From Inconstantimicrobium mannanitabidum (GTDB taxonomy: Bacteria > Bacillota > Clostridia > Clostridiales > Clostridiaceae), in the NCBI RefSeq assembly GCF_024345225.1, contig NZ_BROD01000001.1, positions 1,598,362 to 1,622,361 on the forward strand: DNA of 24,000 nt, written 5' to 3'. A program made the translations under genes and the position numbers. Under the pieces are notes generated by a model. That model worked only from the letters and a program-made list of their open reading frames with translations, did not search any database and was not told the DNA's origin. Below, in pieces: positions 17,681-24,000 of the stretch (its first letter is position 1; each line of letters opens with the position of its first letter).

Positions 17681-18523
17681 ATGGCTATAAATTGGTTTCC
17701 TGGACATATGGTGAAAACTAAAAGAGCAATAAAGGAGAATTTAACCCTTGTAGACGCTGTAATAGAGATAAGAGATGCTAGAATACCTAGAGCTAGTGCT
17801 AACCCTGAAATAGATTCTCTATGTGGCAACAAACCTAGAATTATATTATTAAATAAATCTGATTTAAGTGATAAGAACATAACTAGAGCGTGGATGAATT
17901 CATTAACTAAAGAAAATGTTAGAGTTATAGAAATCAATAGTCTTAAAGGTGAAGGTATAAAACAAATAAAGCCTATACTTTTAGATTTATTAAAAGAAAA
18001 GCACGAAAGATTAAAGGCAAAAGGCTTGGTTAATATTGTTACTAGAGTTATGGTTGTTGGTATACCTAATGTTGGTAAATCAACTTTTATAAACAAAATG
18101 GCAAAGAATAATATTGCTAAAACTGGAGATAGACCAGGGGTAACAAAAACAAAACAATGGATAAAAACTTCTATAGGGATAGAACTTATGGATACACCAG
18201 GTATACTATGGCCTAAGTTTGAGGATGAAGATGTGGCATTAAATTTAGCTTTTACAGGTGCTATAAAAGACGAAATCATGGACACAGAGGAATTAGCATT
18301 TAAGTTAGTAGAAAGACTTATGAATATAAAACCTGATGCATTGGCTACAAGATATAAGCTAGATTCCTTAGATGAAGATCCTTTGGTTAATTTAGATAAT
18401 ATAGCTAGAAAGCGTGGCTGTATAATATCTGGAGGCAATATAGATTATAATAGAATATCAGCTATACTTTTAGATGAATTCAGAGGTGGAAAGATCGGTA
18501 ATATTACCTTAGAGAGACCATAG
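17681..18523 (+). CDS. rbgA: Ribosome biogenesis GTPase A (YlqF/RbgA), circularly permuted GTPase
   Basis: 280-aa ORF. The permuted motif order is visible: G4 NKSDL comes before G1 GIPNVGKST and G3 DTPG. N-terminus MAINWFPGHM. AAAGGAG SD. Confidence 0.93.
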   Translation: MAINWFPGHMVKTKRAIKENLTLVDAVIEIRDARIPRASANPEIDSLCGNKPRIILLNKSDLSDKNITRAWMNSLTKENVRVIEINSLKGEGIKQIKPILLDLLKEKHERLKAKGLVNIVTRVMVVGIPNVGKSTFINKMAKNNIAKTGDRPGVTKTKQWIKTSIGIELMDTPGILWPKFEDEDVALNLAFTGAIKDEIMDTEELAFKLVERLMNIKPDALATRYKLDSLDEDPLVNLDNIARKRGCIISGGNIDYNRISAILLDEFRGGKIGNITLERP

Positions 18524-18534
18524 AGGTGAAGCTT

Positions 18535-19356
18535 ATGGATAATTTAATAAAAGATTTAAGAATTAACTTGGAAAAATACAATTTTGCTACATTAAAAGAT
18601 AAACTAGCAGGTTTTAAAATCGAAAATGAAAATGTTCCTTTATTTCAAGAGTTAGTTGAAGTTCTAGGAAGTGATCCTAGAAAAAATGTTATTAGTTTAT
18701 CAGAAAAATTGAATAGGCAATTACAAAAGTTTTTAAGTGAGAAGGATAGGGTTACAAGTATGTACCTATTTGATAAGTCTTTCGGAGATTTTTCATATGT
18801 TGCAGGAGTAGATGAGGTGGGCAGAGGTCCTTTGGCTGGCCCTATTGTAGCTGCAGCAGTGGTTTTGGATTTAAATTCTCTTAATGATATTATTCTTGAA
18901 ATCAATGATTCAAAAAAATTATCTGAAATGAAAAGAGAAGAATTAGCTAAAATAATTAAAGAAAAGGCTGTAGATTATTCTCTTTCTCTTTGTGACAATA
19001 GAGAGATAGATGAACGAGGTATAGCTGTATGTAATAATGAAATTTTTATTAAAGCTATAAATGGACTAACGAAAGTTACTCCAGAACTGGTTCTATCTGA
19101 TGGGTATCCAGTTAGAAATATAAGCATTTTGAATAAGTTTGTAATAAAGGGAGATACAAAAAGTGCTTCCATAGCTTGTGCTTCAATTATCGCTAAAGTT
19201 TATAGAGATAATATAATGAAGGAATATGCTAAAAAATATCCTGAATATGATTTTGAAAATAATGTTGGCTATGGTACAGGTAAGCATGTTAACGCTATAA
19301 AAAATGTAGGTGTTACAGAAATTCATAGGCTGTCATTTTTAAAGAATATACTGTAA
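18535..19356 (+). CDS. rnhB: Ribonuclease HII
   Basis: Catalytic block GVDEVGRGPLAGPIV. ATG 18535 has an AGAGGTGA SD (18522-18529) with a 5-nt spacer. The track's GTG 18526 lies inside that SD. Confidence 0.92.
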   Translation: MDNLIKDLRINLEKYNFATLKDKLAGFKIENENVPLFQELVEVLGSDPRKNVISLSEKLNRQLQKFLSEKDRVTSMYLFDKSFGDFSYVAGVDEVGRGPLAGPIVAAAVVLDLNSLNDIILEINDSKKLSEMKREELAKIIKEKAVDYSLSLCDNREIDERGIAVCNNEIFIKAINGLTKVTPELVLSDGYPVRNISILNKFVIKGDTKSASIACASIIAKVYRDNIMKEYAKKYPEYDFENNVGYGTGKHVNAIKNVGVTEIHRLSFLKNIL

Positions 19357-19369
19357 AAACAAGTTTAAT

Positions 19370-19417
19370 AAAAGAATTTATGAGTTTAAGATATCATAAA
19401 TTCTTTTATTTTTTTAT
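19370..19417. terminator. Shared (bidirectional) terminator between convergent rnhB and yraN
   Basis: AAAAGAATTTATGA (19370-19383), 10-nt loop, TCATAAATTCTTTT (19394-19407), a perfect 14-bp stem. T-run ATTTTTTT on the plus side and an A-rich stretch upstream that gives a moderately U-rich tail on the minus side. Confidence 0.75.
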
Positions 19418-19451
19418 GTAGTTAAAGAGAAATTAACTAATTGCAATAGAA

Positions 19452-19820
19452 TTAAATACTATATACATTTTCTAAATGATTAATCTTATATGAATTATCA
19501 TTAATAGAAAAGATAATTTCCACAACATCAAATCTAATATTTAGATTATTAATTTTGTTTTCAAGCAAGTACCAATTACATATCTTATAAATTCTATTTA
19601 ATTTTTTGTGTGTCACCGCTTCCATAGGGTAACCGTAATTTAGGTTGTATCTGGATTTTACCTCGACAAAGCATAAAATATTGTCTTTCGATAAAATTAT
19701 ATCAATTTCTCCTAAAGGGCATCTGTAATTTGATTCTTTTATATTATATCCTTTCTTACAAAGAAATTCTTTTGCAAGAAATTCTCCTTCGTTTCCAATA
19801 TCTTTATTGTATTTTTTCAT
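19452..19820 (-). CDS. yraN: UPF0102 / YraN-family predicted PD-(D/E)xK endonuclease
   Basis: 122-aa product MKKYNKDIGNEGEFLAKEFLCKKGYNIKESNYRCPLGEIDIILSKDNILCFVEVKSR... with the GEIDII...FVEVKSR nuclease core. AGGAG SD (complement of 19826-19830) supports ATG at 19820. The track's start at 19838 has none. Confidence 0.85.
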   Translation of the reverse strand: MKKYNKDIGNEGEFLAKEFLCKKGYNIKESNYRCPLGEIDIILSKDNILCFVEVKSRYNLNYGYPMEAVTHKKLNRIYKICNWYLLENKINNLNIRFDVVEIIFSINDNSYKINHLENVYSI

Positions 19821-19914
19821 GTTATCTCCTATACACACTATTTTTTATTATTATGTACCTAAAATGATTAAACGAAACTATATTTGGTCAATAATGTGCA
19901 TAGAGGTGATTAAA

Positions 19915-21453
19915 ATGTCAGTAATTATAAAAAGTTCCACTTTTAATGGACTTCAGGGAGTGGAGATAAGTGTTGAAATAGACATTAGTAGAGGCTTACC
20001 TTCCTTTTATATAGTAGGGTTGCCAGATACAACTGTTAAGGAGTCTAGAGAACGAGTTAGAGCTGCAATATTAAATTCGGGTTATGATTTTCCGCTAGGA
20101 AGAATAGTGGTAAATTTAGCCCCGGCAGATCTTAAAAAGATAGGTTCTCTTTTAGATTTGCCAATTGCTATAGGGATTTTGATTCAAAGTGGGCAAATTT
20201 GTGCAAACAATTTAAAAAAGTTTATTTTAGTAGGTGAACTAGCTCTAGATGGTAGTTTAAGAAAAGTAAATGGAGTATTACCGGTGGTTCTTAATGGAGT
20301 GTCAAATTTAGTAGATTCGTTTATTATACCTCAAGAAAATTGTCAAGAAGCTACATTGGTAAAGCAGGCTAATATTTTTCCGATGAATAGTTTAAAACAA
20401 GTGGCTGAATTTTTAATTAATGAAGATTTACTGCCTGCAGAAAATAATAATAACTTTGCTGATAGTGAAGAAGAATTTGTAGATTTCAATGATGTATTTG
20501 GGCAAGAAGAAGCAAAGAGAGCTTTACAAATTGCAGCTGCGGGTAATCACAATATTATTTTATATGGTCCACCAGGTTGCGGAAAAACTATGTTAGCTAA
20601 GAGATTGCCATCCATATTACCAGAACTTAAAGATGAGGATTACATTGAAATCACAAAAATATATAGTGTTTCTGGATTGCTAGATTCTAAAACTCCAATA
20701 ATAAATAAGAGACCATTCAGAAATCCTCATCATACAACTACACGCATAAAATTAGTAGGTGGGGGAAGGGAGCTGAAACCAGGTGAAGTTACTCTTGCAC
20801 ACAATGGCGTTCTATTCCTAGATGAACTTCCAGAGTTTGAGAAAGTATCGCTGGAATCATTAAGAGAGCCATTAGAGGATAAATCAATAAGTATTTCTAG
20901 AATAAGTGGTAACGTAATGTATCCAGCAAATTTTATATTTTTAGCAGCGATGAATATGTGTCCATGTGGAAGATATCTTAATGAGGATACAAATAGTGGC
21001 TGTACATGTACAGATTCGGAAAGAAAAAGGTATATAAATAGAGTATCAAAGGCTGTACTAGATAGAATTGATATGTTTATTTATGTTCCATCAATAAAAT
21101 TTAACTCCTTGGTTAAAGGAACTCAGAATTTGGGATCTGAAGAAATGAAGCGAAAAGTAGCAAAGGCTGTAGAAATTCAAAATAAGCGATTTTCTACAAG
21201 AAAAGATATAAAATTCAACTCTGAACTTTCTCATAAGGATATCTTAAATAGTATAATAAAGAATAATAAAAATGAATTAGAGAAGTTTCTAGAAACTATC
21301 TATGGGAGATTTAATCTAAGTACTAGAGGGGTAGATAAAATACTAAGATTAGCTAGAACTATTTCGGATTTAGATCAATGTGAGTATGTAGAGAAGAAGC
21401 ATATAATAGAGGCGTTAAATTATAGAAGATTCATTGATGGTGAGGTTATATAG
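19915..21453 (+). CDS. comM: YifB/ComM-family Mg-chelatase-like AAA+ ATPase
   Basis: 512-aa product MSVIIKSSTFNGLQGVEISVEIDISRGLPSFYIVGLPDTTVKESRERV... with Walker A GPPGCGKTM, Walker B VLFLDELPEF and the Cys cluster CPCG...CTC. AGAGGTGA SD lies before ATG 19915. The 36-codon upstream extension in the track overlaps yraN and has no SD. Confidence 0.92.
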   Translation: MSVIIKSSTFNGLQGVEISVEIDISRGLPSFYIVGLPDTTVKESRERVRAAILNSGYDFPLGRIVVNLAPADLKKIGSLLDLPIAIGILIQSGQICANNLKKFILVGELALDGSLRKVNGVLPVVLNGVSNLVDSFIIPQENCQEATLVKQANIFPMNSLKQVAEFLINEDLLPAENNNNFADSEEEFVDFNDVFGQEEAKRALQIAAAGNHNIILYGPPGCGKTMLAKRLPSILPELKDEDYIEITKIYSVSGLLDSKTPIINKRPFRNPHHTTTRIKLVGGGRELKPGEVTLAHNGVLFLDELPEFEKVSLESLREPLEDKSISISRISGNVMYPANFIFLAAMNMCPCGRYLNEDTNSGCTCTDSERKRYINRVSKAVLDRIDMFIYVPSIKFNSLVKGTQNLGSEEMKRKVAKAVEIQNKRFSTRKDIKFNSELSHKDILNSIIKNNKNELEKFLETIYGRFNLSTRGVDKILRLARTISDLDQCEYVEKKHIIEALNYRRFIDGEVI

Positions 21454-21455
21454 GT

Positions 21456-22520
21456 ATGGATAAAGTTAATTTTTATAAGCATAAATTATTTCTAACGGAC
21501 ATTACAAATGATGAAAAATTGAAAATACTCAAGAGAATATATAATGAAGAAATTTTATTTTTCGCTGAAGATTACGAAATAAAAAAAGAATGGGATAAAA
21601 TATCTGATGAGCAGGTAGTAAAGTTATATGATTTCATTTTAAAACGAGGTATAAAATATATTACGCGTGAAGATGAAGATTATCCAGAAAACCTAGTTTA
21701 TACCTATTCTCCACCCTGTGTATTGTTTTATAAAGGAGATATAGATATTATCAGAAATGGAGGCCATAATATATCTATAATTGGATCAAGAGATTGTACA
21801 GAGTATGGAATTAGGGTTACTGAATTTATTTGTAAGAAATTAAGTGACTATAAAGTTAATATTATTAGTGGAGGAGCTAGAGGGATAGATTCTATTGCCC
21901 ATAGATGCTGTCTTGAATATGGAGGCAAAACTATAAGTGTATTAGGTAATGGGCTATCTGTATGTTATCCTAGAAACAATAGGGAGTTGTTCAAACAAAT
22001 TAGTAATAATGGATGCTTAATAAGTGAATTCCTGCCTGATGAACCATCAAAGGCATGTAATTTTCCAAGGAGAAATAGAATAATAGCTGGGTTGTGTGAT
22101 ACATTAATAGTAGTAGAAGGTGGAGAAAGAAGTGGTACATCCATTACAACTACTTTTGCTTTAAATCAAAATAAAGAAATATTTGCAGTACCAGGATCTA
22201 TATTTGCACCTAAGAGTAAAGGACCTAATAAATTAATGGGTGATGGAGCTCATACATTATATGATGTAGATGTGATGATTGAAAGATTAAATCTTACTTG
22301 TATTACTTCGCAAAAAGAATATAATAATATTTTAAAAGATAGTAATAATAGGCTAAAACAGATTATTTTCAAGGTATTAACTCAAGAACCAATGCATATT
22401 AATGACATAATTAGGAATGTAAATATTGACACAGCATTAATTTATGAGGTATTATTTGAATTGCAATTTAAAAAAGAAATTGTTTTACTACCAGGAAATT
22501 ATTATGCACGAATTAATTAG
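21456..22520 (+). CDS. dprA: DNA-processing protein DprA (Smf)
   Basis: 354-aa ORF with the Rossmann-like core GSRDCTEYG...SGGARGIDSIAHR and a C-terminal winged-helix-like tail. Starts 2 nt after the comM stop. Confidence 0.92.
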   Translation: MDKVNFYKHKLFLTDITNDEKLKILKRIYNEEILFFAEDYEIKKEWDKISDEQVVKLYDFILKRGIKYITREDEDYPENLVYTYSPPCVLFYKGDIDIIRNGGHNISIIGSRDCTEYGIRVTEFICKKLSDYKVNIISGGARGIDSIAHRCCLEYGGKTISVLGNGLSVCYPRNNRELFKQISNNGCLISEFLPDEPSKACNFPRRNRIIAGLCDTLIVVEGGERSGTSITTTFALNQNKEIFAVPGSIFAPKSKGPNKLMGDGAHTLYDVDVMIERLNLTCITSQKEYNNILKDSNNRLKQIIFKVLTQEPMHINDIIRNVNIDTALIYEVLFELQFKKEIVLLPGNYYARIN

Positions 22521-22541
22521 ATAGATTTAAGGGGGTGAATA

Positions 22542-22565
22542 CCCGATAATATTATATATTTCGGG
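22542..22565 (+). promoter_or_regulatory. Hairpin between a distal strong SD and the topA start codon
   Basis: CCCGA(T)AATAT (22542-22552), loop TAT, ATATTTCGGG (22556-22565). 10 bp with one bulge. Preceded by AAGGGGGTGA (22529-22538) and followed 9 nt later by ATG 22575. Confidence 0.3.
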
Positions 22566-22574
22566 ATTAATGAT

Positions 22575-24000
22575 ATGGGACAAAAGTTAGTAATAGTTGA
22601 ATCACCAGCAAAGGCAAAAACCATTGGAAAGTATCTGGGTAAAAATTTCGTAGTAGAAGCTTCTATGGGGCATGTAAGAGATTTGCCTAAAAGTCAACTA
22701 GGAGTGGATGTAGAAAATAATTTCAATCCTAAATACATCACTATAAGAGGAAAAGGTGACTTATTAGATAAATTAAAAAAATTAGCAAAAAAATGTGATA
22801 AAGTTTATTTGGCAACTGACCCCGATAGAGAAGGGGAAGCTATATCATGGCATTTAGCTAATGTATTAAAAATAGATGGTTCAGAAAAATGTAGAATTGA
22901 ATTTAATGAAGTAACTAAAAATGCAATTAAAAATTCAATAAAGAGTCCTAGAGAAATAGATAAAAATCTTGTAGATGCTCAACAGGCTCGAAGAGTTTTA
23001 GATAGATTAGTGGGATATCAAATAAGTCCTCTTCTATGGAGAAATGTTAAATGGGGTCTTAGTGCAGGAAGAGTTCAATCTGCAGCATTAAAGTTGATTT
23101 GTGATAGAGAAGAAGAAATAAGTAAATTTGAACCAAAAGAATTTTGGACTATAGACTGCAGTTTTAGTAAGGATAAAAATATAATCAATTCAAAGTTAGT
23201 ATCATATAAAAGTAAAAAAATAGAATTAAATAATGAAGCAGAGGCAACTAAAGTAATATCAGATTTGAAAAGCAATGATTTTATAGTTGATAAGATGAAA
23301 AAAGGTGAAAAACAGAAAAATCCATTGCCACCATTTACTACTTCAACTTTGCAACAGGATGCAAGTAGAAAATTGAATTTTACAACTAAGAAGACAATGT
23401 CATTAGCTCAGCAGCTATATGAAGGTGTTGAAGTAAAGGGTCATGGTACAATTGGTCTTATTACTTATATGAGAACAGACTCTGTTAGAATTTCAGCTGA
23501 GGCTTCAGAAAATGCAAAAAATTATATTAAGGATAACTTTGGTGATAAATATGCATTAGAAACACCAAGAGCCTTTAAGGGAAAGAAAAATATACAAGAT
23601 GCACATGAAGCTATAAGACCAACTTATATAGATATTACACCAGAGGTAGCACAAGAAAGCCTTACAAAGGATCAATATAAATTATATACTTTAATTTGGA
23701 AAAGGTTTATAGCTTGTCAGATGACTGCTTGCGTGTTAAATACTAATTCAATTGAAATAAAAAATGGGGATTATAAATTTAGGGCTTCTGGAGCAACAAT
23801 AAAATTTGATGGTTTTATGAAGGTGTATGAATATATAGGGGAAGATGATGAAGAGTCAGGCTTATTACCAGAACTCAAAGAAAGTGAAGTATTAAATGTC
23901 CATAAATTAGATAGTAAACAACATTTTACTCAACCACCAGCAAGATATACTGAAGCTTCTTTCGTTAAGTTACTAGAAGAAAAGGGAATAGGAAGACCAA
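22575..24000 (+). CDS. topA: DNA topoisomerase I, N-terminal ~475 codons (continues beyond the right edge)
   Basis: Absent from the track because it is truncated. My translation: MGQKLVIVESPAKAKTIGKYLGKNFVVEASMGHVRDLPKSQLGVDVENNFNPKYITIRGKG...YLATDPDREGEAISWHLANV. This contains the Toprim motifs. The frame stays open to position 24000, and an in-frame TGA at 22536-22538 blocks upstream extension. Confidence 0.95.
   Translation, partial: MGQKLVIVESPAKAKTIGKYLGKNFVVEASMGHVRDLPKSQLGVDVENNFNPKYITIRGKGDLLDKLKKLAKKCDKVYLATDPDREGEAISWHLANVLKIDGSEKCRIEFNEVTKNAIKNSIKSPREIDKNLVDAQQARRVLDRLVGYQISPLLWRNVKWGLSAGRVQSAALKLICDREEEISKFEPKEFWTIDCSFSKDKNIINSKLVSYKSKKIELNNEAEATKVISDLKSNDFIVDKMKKGEKQKNPLPPFTTSTLQQDASRKLNFTTKKTMSLAQQLYEGVEVKGHGTIGLITYMRTDSVRISAEASENAKNYIKDNFGDKYALETPRAFKGKKNIQDAHEAIRPTYIDITPEVAQESLTKDQYKLYTLIWKRFIACQMTACVLNTNSIEIKNGDYKFRASGATIKFDGFMKVYEYIGEDDEESGLLPELKESEVLNVHKLDSKQHFTQPPARYTEASFVKLLEEKGIGRP

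Noticed and set aside
17659-18438. A 259-codon ORF antisense to almost the whole of rbgA, strikingly long for AT-rich DNA
   Set aside because: It starts at TTG with no SD. The translation is low-complexity and Ser/Leu/Ile/Phe-rich with no recognisable motif. It is exactly co-extensive with a gene whose sense-strand product carries clear GTPase motifs. That is typical of a shadow frame kept open by the codon bias of the sense gene.
19807-19914. N-terminal extensions proposed by the track: comM from 19807, yraN from 19838, ylxM from 13544, khpA from 15594, rimM from 15882, rnhB from 18526
   Set aside because: In each case a downstream ATG or GTG has a properly spaced SD and gives the family-typical N-terminus. 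The upstream start lacks an SD, or overlaps the divergent gene or the SD itself.
22542-22565. The AT-rich palindrome between dprA and topA considered as a dif/Xer site or as a dprA terminator
   Set aside because: The arms do not resemble the Firmicute dif consensus as I remember it. No U-tract follows the stem, so it is not a canonical terminator. It is kept only as a possible translational element.
259-23275. The other track ORFs lying antisense to or inside recognised genes: 259-486, 1791-2099, 2976-3281, 4524-4712, 4816-5157, 5730-6014, 6066-6392, 7770-7994, 9867-10121, 10581-10928, 11013-11198, 12240-12599, 13744-13929, 14582-14890, 18645-18905, 18975-19172, 23075-23275
   Set aside because: Each lies mostly or wholly inside, and antisense to, a confidently identified gene. 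None has an SD-like element, and all translate to low-complexity hydrophobic or Ser-rich sequence. I treat them as shadow ORFs.

Overview
Strongly AT-rich core chromosome of the Clostridium type (low-GC Firmicutes). I can support 26 protein-coding genes. Two are cut by the window edges and so are absent from the ORF track: ylbJ on the left and topA on the right. One is a 33-codon sORF below the track's size cut-off. I also call seven intrinsic terminators and several sigma-A-type promoters. I saw no rRNA, tRNA, CRISPR array, transposase, integrase, phage gene or long repeat. Gene order: <ylbJ <tmcAL(ylbM) | pta> ackA> yceD> rpmF> plsX> acpP> rnc> Elp3-like radical-SAM> sORF> smc> ftsY> ylxM> ffh> rpsP> khpA> rimM> trmD> rplS> rbgA> rnhB> <yraN comM> dprA> topA>. 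This is the familiar syntenic housekeeping block for acetate formation, lipid initiation, chromosome condensation, SRP targeting, ribosome maturation and DNA processing. Family assignments rest on signature motifs I recognise in the translations; no searches were run. Bottom line: I find no convincing novel multi-gene system, because every sizeable ORF belongs to a well-known family. What merits a second look is small-scale: (1) an unannotated single-pass membrane sORF coupled to smc; (2) an uncharacterised radical-SAM gene overlapping rnc; (3) a recurring pattern of a strong SD-like motif about 33-37 nt upstream of a start codon with a hairpin in between (khpA, topA, and a variant at yceD); (4) yraN as the only inverted gene in a 21-kb co-directional block; (5) several leader and terminator arrangements (rnc, rplS, ftsY/ylxM, khpA/rimM). 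All structural and regulatory calls come from reading the sequence and are untested.
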